Virus record (IMG/VR): IMGVR_UViG_3300010334_006426
Location: 1-64,000 of that record
Length of the DNA: 64,000 nucleotides
From: a virus
Direction: 5' to 3' (one strand)
Shown here: piece after piece, positions 45,732-56,388 of the stretch
Layout: the number at the start of each line of letters is the position of its first letter
Position numbering within the stretch: position 1 is the stretch's first letter
Notes under the pieces: model-generated
Seen by the model: only the letters and a program-made list of their open reading frames with translations
What the model was told of the DNA's origin: nothing
Databases searched by the model: none
Made by a program: the position numbers and the translations under genes

Positions 45732-47447
45732 ATGGGAGATAAAGAAAAATATTATCTAGGCAACGAAAGGCTTCCTACTACCAGCACGAAGTTTGAGTAC
45801 ACCCCGGATATGATAAACGAGCTTAAAAAATGCAAAAAAAACTTATTGCATTTTGCTGAAAACTACTTCTTTATCATTAATTTAGATAGAGGTAAAGAAA
45901 AAATTAAGCTATACTCTTGTCAAAAAAGAGTTTTAAGAAGTTTAAGAGATAGCCGTTTTATAATATTGCTATCTTCTAGACAGAGCGGCAAAACAACACA
46001 AATGACTATATATTGCCTTTGGAATGCATGCTTTAACGATGATCAAAGAATATTAATTGTAGCTAATAAAGAGCAGACAGCAAAAAATATATTTAAAAGA
46101 ATAAGAATGGCATATGAGATGTTGCCTAACTTTATAAAACCTGGAGTAGTAGAGTATGGTCAAACTAGCATGACACTCACCAATGGTAGCAGCATAGGTA
46201 TCAGTACAACCAGCAGTGATGCAGGTAGAGGCGACAGCTGCAATTGTTTAATTTTAGATGAGCTAGCCTTTATCGACAATCATATAGTTGATAAATTCTG
46301 GGAATCTGTTTACCCTATTATTAGTAGTTCTAAGAAAAGTAAAATTTTTATAGCTAGTACTCCTAATGGTACGGATAATCTTTTTTACAGATTGTTCAAG
46401 GGAGCTGAAGAAGGTGATAATAACTGGAAAGCAGAAAGAATTGATTGGTGGGAAATACCAGGTCGTGATGAAAAGTGGAAACATGATACAATTAAAACAT
46501 TAGGCAGTCTCGAGACATTTTCACAAGAATTTGGAAATGAATTTTTGCATGGTGGTGAAAGTAGTCTCAACGAGCAACTATACAATTCCTGTTTAAGGGA
46601 TTGTAGGGAGCCTGAATTTATTTTTGAAGAAGGAAAATATTTACTGTGGGAGGAGCCTAGGGAGGGAAGACTCTATACCGTTGGTGTTGATGTTAGCGAA
46701 GGTGTAAATGAATGCGCTAGTGTAGCGCAAATTTTAGATATTACAGATTTATCGCATGTAGAACAGGTTGCAGTTTTTCATACTCGCAACACACCACCAT
46801 TTCAATTTACCTCAAAACTTTTAGATATTTTAAATCAGTGGGGAAGACCCCCGGTTTGTATAGAGAGAAATAGTTGCGGTGCTCAGGTAGTAGAGCAGTT
46901 AAAATTCACACACGGGTATGAAAATATTGTTTCATGGGGGGCTAAGGCGGGTGACAAAACAGAATTCAAAAGGGTGGGTATTCTTTCACACACAAATACA
47001 AAATACAGAGGTATTACTAATATGAGATATTGGGTAAATGAGTTAAAAGCTATAAAATTCAGAGACATTAATACATTAAAAGAATTTAAAACTTTTATAA
47101 GATACCCTAATAATACCTGGGGTGCTAGGCCAGGTGCAGATAGCTATGATGACCGTGTTATGGCCTTGGTTTGGGCATTAATAATTTTAGAAAATGAATT
47201 ATGTAGTAGATATTTTGATGTTGTAAAGCTTGATGATTGTGATAGGCCTCAAGTTTTAAAATCTCTTGATTATGGAATTAGAGGTGTAATTAGCCCCTTA
47301 AGTTTATATAGTAACGAGAAAGATTCTGGTATAAACACGGCATTACCGACTATATTTCAAGAAGACGCAGCTTCTGCTGACCTGGAGATGGACGATTTAA
47401 GAAGACAAGGCTGGTACTTGCCAGGTGAATCTTATTTTGATAAATAA
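45732..47447 (+). CDS. gp17: Terminase large subunit gp17
   Basis: SRQSGKTT, LIVANK, ILDELAF, ASTPNG, FSQEF, GVDVSEG, DDRVMAL. Confidence 0.95.
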   Translation: MGDKEKYYLGNERLPTTSTKFEYTPDMINELKKCKKNLLHFAENYFFIINLDRGKEKIKLYSCQKRVLRSLRDSRFIILLSSRQSGKTTQMTIYCLWNACFNDDQRILIVANKEQTAKNIFKRIRMAYEMLPNFIKPGVVEYGQTSMTLTNGSSIGISTTSSDAGRGDSCNCLILDELAFIDNHIVDKFWESVYPIISSSKKSKIFIASTPNGTDNLFYRLFKGAEEGDNNWKAERIDWWEIPGRDEKWKHDTIKTLGSLETFSQEFGNEFLHGGESSLNEQLYNSCLRDCREPEFIFEEGKYLLWEEPREGRLYTVGVDVSEGVNECASVAQILDITDLSHVEQVAVFHTRNTPPFQFTSKLLDILNQWGRPPVCIERNSCGAQVVEQLKFTHGYENIVSWGAKAGDKTEFKRVGILSHTNTKYRGITNMRYWVNELKAIKFRDINTLKEFKTFIRYPNNTWGARPGADSYDDRVMALVWALIILENELCSRYFDVVKLDDCDRPQVLKSLDYGIRGVISPLSLYSNEKDSGINTALPTIFQEDAASADLEMDDLRRQGWYLPGESYFDK

Positions 47448-47450
47448 CAT

Positions 47451-48044
47451 ATGGCTACTTCTCCAAATCAGCTTCCTATTTTTCAAAGCCCTCTAAACAA
47501 ACAGAGAAAAGATAAATTTATATGTGTTTTAACTATTCCAAGAATTTTGAGGGATGAGGTTAAAGATATAGCAAGAAGAAATTCTTCTATAAATTTCGAT
47601 GCATTACAATTTAGTATCTTTGGTGCTGTTGCCCCGCCTATAGAAATTCCTCCTGTAGGTATACCATATGCAGGGCAAACATTAAAGGTTACATCTTATG
47701 CGCGTCCATCATTCCCAACATTAAAGGTAGATTTTACCGTAGATAACTGGTTTAATAACTATTGGGTAATATACAAGTGGCTTGAAGTGTTTAATGATCC
47801 TAAAATAGGTATCTTTAGCCCTCAGGACAAAGAAGTTGAATCTAGAACTGGTGAATATATGACAAATATATCTATATATGGTTTAGACGAATATAATAAC
47901 AAAACAATTCAATTTGATTATATTAGATCATTTCCAACTGCCTTACAAGGCATAGAATATAATGATAGGGATGCTGACGAAATGGTATGTAGTTTTAATT
48001 TTGCTTACCATCAATTAAAGGTTTCTCTATTACCTGTAAATTAA
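47451..48044 (+). CDS. Tail tube terminator/completion protein gp3-like
   Basis: Tube-like fold pattern L.VDFTVD..FNNY..IYKWL, FPTAL; position next to the sheath gene. Confidence 0.6.
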   Translation: MATSPNQLPIFQSPLNKQRKDKFICVLTIPRILRDEVKDIARRNSSINFDALQFSIFGAVAPPIEIPPVGIPYAGQTLKVTSYARPSFPTLKVDFTVDNWFNNYWVIYKWLEVFNDPKIGIFSPQDKEVESRTGEYMTNISIYGLDEYNNKTIQFDYIRSFPTALQGIEYNDRDADEMVCSFNFAYHQLKVSLLPVN

Positions 48045-48090
48045 TTTGTAGACTTTTTTTATTTTTTTTGAAAAAGTTAAACATAAGTAA

Positions 48091-48098
48091 TATAAATA
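48091..48098 (+). promoter_or_regulatory. Late promoter for the sheath operon
   Basis: Exact TATAAATA. Confidence 0.75.
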
Positions 48099-48105
48099 TT
48101 AACGT

Positions 48106-48141
48106 ATGAGTAACAATTCCCTTGCAGGAGATAATAACTAA
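48106..48141 (+). other. 11-codon upstream mini-ORF (MSNNSLAGDNN*)
   Basis: ATG 7 nt after TATAAATA; stop 5 nt before the sheath ATG. Confidence 0.5.
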
Positions 48142-48146
48142 AATAT

Positions 48147-50573
48147 ATGGCAAGAACAATTCAAAGCCCAGGAGTTGAAATTCGTGAGGTTGATCTTTCC
48201 TTAAGACCAGTAATCACACAAGGTACTAGCGTTTTTGTCGCTGGTTTCTCCAATCAAGGCCCTATCGACGAAGTTTTACAGCCAGCAAGTATTAGTGAGT
48301 TTGAACAAATCTACGGTACACCGACAAATGCTGCTGAGAGATATTTTTATCATACAGTAAAAGCTTCCCTACAAGCCCCGGTTCAATTAAAAGTTACAAG
48401 ACTACCCTATGGTGAAGCTAAGGGCGAAGGGTTTAATGCATGGAGATATAGTGCATTAGTTTATCCTGTTATCTCTCTGACAACCGACAAAGTAGGCTTA
48501 TCTTCCGTAGAATTAAGAAGTCTTAGCGGTTCTAATGCATATTATCTAAAATCGCCAACACATCTTGAACTTACTTTAGAACAATATCAAAATTTAATTA
48601 ACAATAATATCTCTTGGGAAAATTTTGCTGGAGGTTATTTTGATTCTCCTAGTAGTATCTCTTATGAGACAATTGGTAATGCAGGTTTAGTTATTCTAAA
48701 CAAATCTCAAGTTTCGAATAATAATAAATTCGAAGGCTATTATGTTGCTATTACTGATAATGCAAATGTAAATCCTGCCACACCTTTTGACGGTATTAAC
48801 GGTATTAAGTCGATTGGAGCTAATTTACCTTCAATAAACAGCTTTATAAGCGTACCTACAACAAGACTTAATTTTCCATTGACGGCAACTAAGTTTGGCG
48901 ATGGTAGTAGTATTAGTGAAATCATGGAAAATGCTGCTACATTTGATATTTCTCCAGCCTCGTTCAGTGATACACTTACAATTGGTGTATTTAAATTGAG
49001 ACAGAGTGTATTTTCTCCTGATGTTATTTCGCTGGATTATGTTTTAGCTGAAAAATATATTGGCTCTTTAGATTACTATAGGCAAATTGCTGATCCAAAT
49101 GGCGGCCCTGCAGCAGCCTTTTATATTGGTAATGTAACAGAAAGATCACCCAATATCAAGGTCTTGGTAAATCCATGGATTTCTAATCAAGGTAGAAATA
49201 CCTGGCTTGGTAGTGATGGCAACCCCACAAAGACAGTAAGGGTCACTAACAAACAAGGGGCTATTCCGTTAGCATTACCTGGTTATACCGAAACCGCTAA
49301 AAGTTATATAACCCGTATTGGTGCTGCTTCTGCTATCAATGGTACAAACTTATCCGACCTATTAACCACCACAATGGAAGGTAATAAGTTGTTCCCATTA
49401 GGCGTTTATACTGATACAGTAGTTTCTAATAAAAATATCGGTAATCTACCACAGAAGCTTGAAAGAGCTTTCGAGCTTGTTGAAAATCCTGACCTATACA
49501 ATATTAATCTAGTACCCGAAGCCGGTCTAGGTACTATATTTGTAAGCGTAGCAGAGCAAGCATTTAACAACAATTTGCCTGTTTCGGCTTGCGGACCTTA
49601 CCATGAAAATACACCGGTAAATAGTCTTAGCGGATTGTTCATTACTAATAATGAGCTCTTGGGTGAAGAAGGATCGAGAATCAGATCTAATTATAATGCA
49701 GTTGCAAGTATAATGGTAAATGCTGCACAGAATCAAAGAAAAGATTTCCTTGTAATCCTGGACGCCTTGAGACATATATTTGTTCAAGGCGAAAACCACA
49801 AGGTTTTAAGCAACAAGAAGATTTATAGCCCTAATGCTGGTGTTGGAGTCGATCCTAAAGCTTCAGACTACACTCCCACGAGCTTTAGTCAGCATATCTA
49901 CTGGCCATTAAGACATCAATTTAGCTTAATTGATTCTAGCTACGCTTGCAGCTACGCTACTGTTGCTCAAGTATTAGACCCATCATCTAATCGTCAAGTC
50001 TGGGTACCTTTCTCTGGGTTTGCAGCAGCCGCTATGGGTAATACTGATGCTAACTTCCAGCCCTGGTTTGCGCCTGCTGGATTTACAAGAGGCGTTCTAT
50101 TAGGAGTAAATGATTTAGGTATGTATCCTAAGCAAAAACAACGTGATCAACTGTACAAGATAGGCCTGAACCCTGTGCCGTTCTTCCCCGTTGAAGGGTT
50201 TGTAATCTTTGGTCAGAAGACCTTGCTTAAGAAGCCAAGTGCATTTGATCGTATTAACGTACGTAGATTGTTCTTAGATCTAGAAGTTGCAACTAGAGAT
50301 ACCGTTAAATATTTCGTATTCGAACCAAATACACTATTTACAAGAACACAAGTTGTAAATACACTTACACCTATATTTGATAATGCTAAGAATACAGAGG
50401 GATTATATGATTATCTAATCATTTGCGATGAGCGTAATAATACACCCGATGTAATAGATCAAAATGAATTGAAGGTCGATATTTATCTTAAGCCAGTACG
50501 CGCTGCAGAGTTTATCTTAGTAAGCTTCTATGCAACTCGTACCGGTCAAAACTTCCAGGAGTTACTAGCGTAA
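48147..50573 (+). CDS. gp18: Tail sheath protein gp18
   Basis: SPGVEIREVDLS, PWFAPAGFTRG, FGQKTL, SAFDRINVRRLF, FEPN, CDERNNTP, KPVRAAEFI. Confidence 0.95.
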   Translation: MARTIQSPGVEIREVDLSLRPVITQGTSVFVAGFSNQGPIDEVLQPASISEFEQIYGTPTNAAERYFYHTVKASLQAPVQLKVTRLPYGEAKGEGFNAWRYSALVYPVISLTTDKVGLSSVELRSLSGSNAYYLKSPTHLELTLEQYQNLINNNISWENFAGGYFDSPSSISYETIGNAGLVILNKSQVSNNNKFEGYYVAITDNANVNPATPFDGINGIKSIGANLPSINSFISVPTTRLNFPLTATKFGDGSSISEIMENAATFDISPASFSDTLTIGVFKLRQSVFSPDVISLDYVLAEKYIGSLDYYRQIADPNGGPAAAFYIGNVTERSPNIKVLVNPWISNQGRNTWLGSDGNPTKTVRVTNKQGAIPLALPGYTETAKSYITRIGAASAINGTNLSDLLTTTMEGNKLFPLGVYTDTVVSNKNIGNLPQKLERAFELVENPDLYNINLVPEAGLGTIFVSVAEQAFNNNLPVSACGPYHENTPVNSLSGLFITNNELLGEEGSRIRSNYNAVASIMVNAAQNQRKDFLVILDALRHIFVQGENHKVLSNKKIYSPNAGVGVDPKASDYTPTSFSQHIYWPLRHQFSLIDSSYACSYATVAQVLDPSSNRQVWVPFSGFAAAAMGNTDANFQPWFAPAGFTRGVLLGVNDLGMYPKQKQRDQLYKIGLNPVPFFPVEGFVIFGQKTLLKKPSAFDRINVRRLFLDLEVATRDTVKYFVFEPNTLFTRTQVVNTLTPIFDNAKNTEGLYDYLIICDERNNTPDVIDQNELKVDIYLKPVRAAEFILVSFYATRTGQNFQELLA

Positions 50574-50597
50574 CAATAAAGGAGAATAAATAATTTT

Positions 50598-51149
50598 ATG
50601 GCAGACGTAAAACAACTTATTGCAGATTTTTACAGAGTAGCTTCCGCTAGAGACTTCCAGCGTGATATTCAATTTCGTGTATTGAGTATTACCCCTGGCG
50701 GTACAACAGTAACATTTGATGAAAATGATCTAGTATATGCAAAGGCTGCGTCGCTACCCGCGCGCTCTATTACAGCAGTAAATGCAAAATATATGGGATT
50801 AAATTTTAATCTACCAGGTGTTGCTACATATCCCGGTAGTGAAGGTTATATACTTAATTTCTATAATGATGCTAAGAATAATCTTCGCCAGAAATTTGAA
50901 GATTGGACACGTGATACCTTTAATGATGCTAACAGCACTGGTAATTACTTCACCCCAACACAATCGAGTACAATTGACTTAGTACAGCTCGATACACAAA
51001 TGAACAGGGTTGCGCAATATCAACTTGTTGGTGTTAGTATTCGCAATGTCGGTGCAATCGAATATCCAATAGGCGATGGTACAGGGCAGATTGTCAATTT
51101 CCCAGTAACTCTTGCTTATCATTACTTTACTCGTAAGCAAGTTTCTTAA
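50598..51149 (+). CDS. gp19: Tail tube protein gp19
   Basis: Follows the sheath gene; AKAASLP, LRQKFEDW, VQLD, F.VTLAY. Confidence 0.85.
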   Translation: MADVKQLIADFYRVASARDFQRDIQFRVLSITPGGTTVTFDENDLVYAKAASLPARSITAVNAKYMGLNFNLPGVATYPGSEGYILNFYNDAKNNLRQKFEDWTRDTFNDANSTGNYFTPTQSSTIDLVQLDTQMNRVAQYQLVGVSIRNVGAIEYPIGDGTGQIVNFPVTLAYHYFTRKQVS

Positions 51150-51179
51150 TAGAAAATTAAATTTGCCATAAATATTTGA

Positions 51180-52118
51180 ATGGCATTATCTAATCCAATT
51201 ACCGACGCTTTTCAGGGCTTAGCATCTAATACAGTTGGTATTGGTAGAGGAATAAACCCCTTAAGTCAGCCACAAATTACAGACATTCTCGGGTTTAATA
51301 TACCTGGCGTCCCATTAATCAGTACAAGAGATTATTTCCTTCTTCAACTTCAAAGCTGGCTTACGGCTATACCGTTACAAACACAATGGATTGCAGTTAT
51401 AGACAGTTTTCCATATTGCTTAAGAACTGAAATACTTCAAAATATGGAACGTTCTGATGGCGGTAAAAAAAGCTATGATATAGATCGAGCTAAAGCAATT
51501 TTAACTAGCTATCCATTTCAAAAAGTAATAGGTTGTGTATTTGCACAAGGGGCTTTCGTACCTGGCGAGCAGCTAACAGTTAGAGACACTGCTTTAGATA
51601 ATAACAGAGGATTTATACCTGGAATAGTTGCTGAAAAAAGAGTGGGATATAGCGGGTCACCTTTGAGATTAGATTTCTTAGAAACCAATACAAGTATAGT
51701 TGATTTTATCTTCAGGCCCTGGGTAATGTTAGCTAGTCATTATGGGTTAGTCGCTAGACCAAATGATATGCCAGGCAGCAAAGATTTTTATAACGTTAAG
51801 TCAAACATAACACTTCTTTGCTATACAAGAAGCTATCAAAACGTAAGTCAAATTCCGCGAAAAGTTTTTACTTTTTATAATGTCGTCCCCACTTTAATCA
51901 ATAATTTTACATTAGACTATAAAGAAGAACCTCAACAAGCAACTGCCTATAGCGTTAATTTTACTTATACAAACTATACTATTCAAAATAGTATGTATTT
52001 CCCTATTGCGGATATCATTAAGACAGTTTCTAATGCAGCGAATGGCAGCTATTCGCCTGTTGTTTCGCCGCTACAGAATTCATCTAATTCCCCCGTCAAT
52101 GTAGGTGGCTTTTTCTAA
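51180..52118 (+). CDS. Baseplate tail-tube initiator (gp54-like)
   Basis: Tube-fold pattern and position; late promoter CATAAATA. Confidence 0.5.
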   Translation: MALSNPITDAFQGLASNTVGIGRGINPLSQPQITDILGFNIPGVPLISTRDYFLLQLQSWLTAIPLQTQWIAVIDSFPYCLRTEILQNMERSDGGKKSYDIDRAKAILTSYPFQKVIGCVFAQGAFVPGEQLTVRDTALDNNRGFIPGIVAEKRVGYSGSPLRLDFLETNTSIVDFIFRPWVMLASHYGLVARPNDMPGSKDFYNVKSNITLLCYTRSYQNVSQIPRKVFTFYNVVPTLINNFTLDYKEEPQQATAYSVNFTYTNYTIQNSMYFPIADIIKTVSNAANGSYSPVVSPLQNSSNSPVNVGGFF

Positions 52119-52137
52119 ATTTTTTGTTTAATAATAT

Positions 52138-52965
52138 ATGGAATTTTACCTAAATTGTTGGGTACCATCGTTAAGCGGTTTTTTTAAATTAAAAGAATTA
52201 AAAAACTCTCAACTATCTATTTTATCTAAATATATTTTAAATGAAGATCATGAAGGCACTAATATGTGCTTTAATGAAATTATTAATAAAAATTTTCTAG
52301 AGATAAACCCTAATTTAAATGTTAACCGTTTTGATAAGTGGTTTATTTTAAGTTTTTTAAGAGCTACAAATATTTCTCCAATACTCTACTTACAAACTGC
52401 TAATACAGCTAACGTTCCTTGTAATATAGAGCTGTCTCTCTATGAAACGCTTACAAGATTATCAGAAATTTCACCTGTTAGTGCTATCGATGTCAAACTA
52501 GAAAATATTAATATAATACTCTATCCTAGCGAGAGTTTATATACAGTTGAACCTGTTGTAGATTCTGTTAAAGAACTAAAACATCTTAAAAATAATATTA
52601 CTAATAGAGATGAAATTTACAAGCTTTTAGGAAGAAGAGAAAATTTGAGAAATTATTTAGCGCAGCAAATGTTATATTTTGATAGTCTTAGCAATGACTT
52701 GATAATAAAAAATGAAAACCCTGCTCTCAAGCTTACGAATATACCTGTAAGAGTTTTTGATAATACTTTATTCTTTTTTTTAAGATCTATCTATCTACCC
52801 TATTGCAAAGGTGTTTACGAAAAACTTTTCAGTCTTAAAAAATTAATGAATTTGAGCCTAGATGAGTATTATCAACTTACCCCGTCAGAATGCGATATTT
52901 TAATAAGCCTTTATAAGCAGGATGAATCGTCTAAAACGCAGCATAGTTACAGTCTTCAACAATAA
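52138..52965 (+). CDS. Putative baseplate hub assembly protein (gp26/gp51-like)
   Basis: Position; C-terminal LTPSECDILI resembling tail assembly chaperones. Confidence 0.4.
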   Translation: MEFYLNCWVPSLSGFFKLKELKNSQLSILSKYILNEDHEGTNMCFNEIINKNFLEINPNLNVNRFDKWFILSFLRATNISPILYLQTANTANVPCNIELSLYETLTRLSEISPVSAIDVKLENINIILYPSESLYTVEPVVDSVKELKHLKNNITNRDEIYKLLGRRENLRNYLAQQMLYFDSLSNDLIIKNENPALKLTNIPVRVFDNTLFFFLRSIYLPYCKGVYEKLFSLKKLMNLSLDEYYQLTPSECDILISLYKQDESSKTQHSYSLQQ

Positions 52966-52984
52966 ATTTGTCTATAAATAATAT

Positions 52985-54919
52985 ATGGATAATACAGACA
53001 ATGCAGTTGAGTCAGAACAAAATATAAAAAGTTCTGATAATGTTACTCTATTAAACAACAAGGAAGCTGAATTTTCTGTGCCTAGCTCTACTGATGAAAA
53101 TATTTACTATACGTTAGCGTCATTAGAAGCTGATAGTCTCAATCGAAAAGTTTTAAGAGATAAAGAACTATACGGCGATTTAGATAAAGCTGATGAAAAA
53201 GCTAAGACTCTTTTAGAGCAGGACATGGTATTTGATATTCCTGAAATCAAGCCTGATGAAGCCTCGTTAAATATTAGCGACACTAAAAAAGAAGATGCTT
53301 TCGCGCAGGAGCAACCTGCAAATATTGAGAGTGACAAGAGTAAAAAATCTCAAAACACTGATTCACCTGTTAAAAGCGAAAATAATCAACTTGGTTCCGC
53401 AAAAACTAAGCCCGTTGAACCATCTCAGCCTACAATAGCATCTAAAGCAAAGCAGGAAGCAGATGAAATAAGACGTAACGCACAAATTCAAATAGAAAAA
53501 ATGAAATCTGAGGTCTCGCAATCTGTAGAGCCTCCTCCAAATATATATGATGCTCCTAAGCCAAGACAGCAGTCGTCTCAAAGTACAGTTAATAATAAGA
53601 ATAAAGAAAGCAAAGAAGAGGAAGGATCTACTTTAAAGAAATTTGAGGTACCACAATGGGCCGAAAACATTTCAAGAAAAATGCCTGTGCAACCAGAAGC
53701 TTTAAATGAAGACAGTTTGGCTGTAAGTAGGGAAGCTAGAGATATTAACCTGACTCAACCTGATAAATCATCCTCTTTAGAACCTGAGAAAAAACCGGGT
53801 CAGTCACAAGCACCTGTAAAATTATCAGAAACATTACAATCTAAGACTGGTGATCAGCAGCCTGTTTTAGAAAGCTCTTCAACAAAAAATATTAAAAGCG
53901 ACATCAATAAGACAGAAGAGATTACGGTGACAGATGGAAAAGATAAAATAGAAAAAAAACAACCTAAAGAAGAGGTTAAACCGGAAAAGCCAGTATTGAA
54001 TGTACAAGACATTCAGCAAGCTAGTACACCGCAACAAAATACTCAAAGTAACAACTCGGTTGATTCACTTAAAAAGTTTTTAAATTTTTTGACACCGTCA
54101 CAGCAAACAGAAGCAGCTGAAGTATTGAGTGAAAATAAACCACAACAGACACAAGATAATGATATGCCACAACAGCAGCAACCTAATATAGATAATAACA
54201 TAGAACAACCTACAGTTGTAGCTGGTCCAGAACCTGAAAATAAACCTAATATTCTTGATGAACCTTTTCAAAATAAAAGACCTATAGACAATCCGCAAAT
54301 TGCTGGTCAAGTTATGTCTATAATAAATTCAATCAACAATAATACTATAAACCCTAACTTAGATCTTTTCAATTTCAAATCTTATGTTAACAAAGGTATT
54401 AAGGAAAGAGGATTGCTAAATCAAATGCCTCAAGTTAATAATATGGAAAATCTACTTAAACAGATACCATTTCTACAGCCTCCTTTAGCAGGTAATAATG
54501 AACCTCAACAAAATAGACCTCAAGGACAGATGCCTTTTCTTGATTTTAACTCCTTTGTACCTAAGGTTGAAGAGAAGAGGCAATCTACACCAATCACTAA
54601 TAATAATGACAAACTATTAACAGATATGAATATAAACTTAAATAAAATTTCGGCCACCATACAGCAATCTCAGCAGAATTTAATAAATTCATTAAATAAT
54701 TTAAGCAATATTGCTAATCAAATCTTGAAAACAATACCTTCTATTTCTATATCGCAGGATAATAGCTCTGTAGCCTCCGGGGGAAATCAAAAAAATTCTG
54801 GAAGATTTTCACCCACAGAAAACTTAAATTTAATTGGTAATTATAGAGACGATTTAGGTTTAACACCTAGAAATTATACTACTAACACCATATTTCCAGG
54901 GAATAATAGTATAGTATGA
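52985..54919 (+). CDS. Low-complexity tail-module protein (possible tape measure/gp29 analogue)
   Basis: 644 aa rich in Q/N/E/K/P; TATAAATA at 52973-52980; position. Confidence 0.45.
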   Translation: MDNTDNAVESEQNIKSSDNVTLLNNKEAEFSVPSSTDENIYYTLASLEADSLNRKVLRDKELYGDLDKADEKAKTLLEQDMVFDIPEIKPDEASLNISDTKKEDAFAQEQPANIESDKSKKSQNTDSPVKSENNQLGSAKTKPVEPSQPTIASKAKQEADEIRRNAQIQIEKMKSEVSQSVEPPPNIYDAPKPRQQSSQSTVNNKNKESKEEEGSTLKKFEVPQWAENISRKMPVQPEALNEDSLAVSREARDINLTQPDKSSSLEPEKKPGQSQAPVKLSETLQSKTGDQQPVLESSSTKNIKSDINKTEEITVTDGKDKIEKKQPKEEVKPEKPVLNVQDIQQASTPQQNTQSNNSVDSLKKFLNFLTPSQQTEAAEVLSENKPQQTQDNDMPQQQQPNIDNNIEQPTVVAGPEPENKPNILDEPFQNKRPIDNPQIAGQVMSIINSINNNTINPNLDLFNFKSYVNKGIKERGLLNQMPQVNNMENLLKQIPFLQPPLAGNNEPQQNRPQGQMPFLDFNSFVPKVEEKRQSTPITNNNDKLLTDMNINLNKISATIQQSQQNLINSLNNLSNIANQILKTIPSISISQDNSSVASGGNQKNSGRFSPTENLNLIGNYRDDLGLTPRNYTTNTIFPGNNSIV

Positions 54920-56388
54920 ACTTATTTGCATTTGAAAAATTTGGTTCTCCTAAACCTCAATATCAAGGAGCTCCTCGCTTAGTTCCCGTTGGCTCTATAA
55001 GCGGACCCGGGGCAAACAACATAGCCAAAGATAGTTCAAGTTACGGACTGATTGATGTTGTTAATAATTTTCAATGGACTACCTCACCAAAGTCATCTAG
55101 GATGGAAGTACCTGCTATATTTTTAAAAGAAAAAAGACTTAAGAACAATTCATTGTATGCGCAAGTAGCTTACTACGGCATGGCTCTTGGCGGTATTTTA
55201 GGCGGCGCAGCTGGCGGTCTTACGGCTTTAAATAATTCTATCAGGCCTTTTATGACTTCTGTTTTAGGTGGGTTTGGTGCAGGTACTTTTACTCAGGTTT
55301 TAAATAACGCCTTAGGGCAGCTAACATCATATATTTCTGGTAATGCTGGCGCGGCTGAATCTGGTATTTTTAGTTCTAATATTACAAGAATAGCAGAGGG
55401 TGTAGGTGCTATAGCAGGGTGGAACGCTACACCAGAAACAATACAAGCAGGTGTAAATGCTATTGCCTCCATATCCCAACAGTTAGGCAGATTTACTCCA
55501 GACAATTTTAATATACCTAGTCTTAATAGCGATATACTATCACCTTATGAAGGATTGTATATTACAGAAGATACAAAATTTATTTATAATATGCCTTATT
55601 TCTCGAACGAACAGAATACTGTTAATAATATGTTTGGTGATTTTGATGAAGTAATGGGTGAAGGTGGTATAGATCCATTAAATGCATACGGTACAGCAAA
55701 AAATGTAAGGGCTGCAGCAAATTTTGTTTCTGGTACAGTTAATTTCGATGCCCCGGGCATCTATATTGAAAAGCCAAAATTTTTCAATTTTAAAGAAACA
55801 GGCGAACAAATAAGGTTTAGTTTTCCTCTTATCAATACCGGATGGTCTACGTTTGAAGACGTGGTTCAGAATTGGCAATTAATGTACATGCTTGCCTATC
55901 AAAATCGCCCTAACAGAAGAACACGAGACTTAATTGATCCGGCAGTAATTTATGAAATTACAATACCGGGGGTAAGATTTTACCCTTACGCATACATAAG
56001 CAGCATGGCTATTAATTTTGTAGGTGCTAGAAGAAGAATGAACATAAGAGTACCTTTAGAAGGTGGTCTGGGAACTATTAACACTATTATACCTGATGCC
56101 TATGTAATTGATATAACATTTACTACTCTTGTATCTGAAACACAGAATTTCTTGTATGCTTGCTTACATGACAAGCAAGATATCATAACAACATCAAGTT
56201 CTAGGTCGCCTTTTGATATTTTTGGTGATGATCTTTCTAAGAATTATTCAGGCGCATTAAAACAAAATCTAAATCCCAATACACAGTCGTCCGCAAATAA
56301 GCTATTGAATGCGGCAGGAGATTTTGTACCTAGAGTCATTAATACATTTAAACAATCACCATTAGATATATTAGGAGGCGGCTTGTGA
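54916..56388 (+). CDS. Baseplate tail-tube cap (gp48-like)
   Basis: F.FPLINT, DP..YE.TIPG, YIS.M.INF; precedes gp53. Confidence 0.5.
   Translation: MNLFAFEKFGSPKPQYQGAPRLVPVGSISGPGANNIAKDSSSYGLIDVVNNFQWTTSPKSSRMEVPAIFLKEKRLKNNSLYAQVAYYGMALGGILGGAAGGLTALNNSIRPFMTSVLGGFGAGTFTQVLNNALGQLTSYISGNAGAAESGIFSSNITRIAEGVGAIAGWNATPETIQAGVNAIASISQQLGRFTPDNFNIPSLNSDILSPYEGLYITEDTKFIYNMPYFSNEQNTVNNMFGDFDEVMGEGGIDPLNAYGTAKNVRAAANFVSGTVNFDAPGIYIEKPKFFNFKETGEQIRFSFPLINTGWSTFEDVVQNWQLMYMLAYQNRPNRRTRDLIDPAVIYEITIPGVRFYPYAYISSMAINFVGARRRMNIRVPLEGGLGTINTIIPDAYVIDITFTTLVSETQNFLYACLHDKQDIITTSSSRSPFDIFGDDLSKNYSGALKQNLNPNTQSSANKLLNAAGDFVPRVINTFKQSPLDILGGGL

Noticed and set aside
27161-47447. Introns or inteins in gp43, gp41, UvsX or gp17
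   Set aside because: ORFs are continuous, of normal length, and lack splicing or homing-endonuclease motifs
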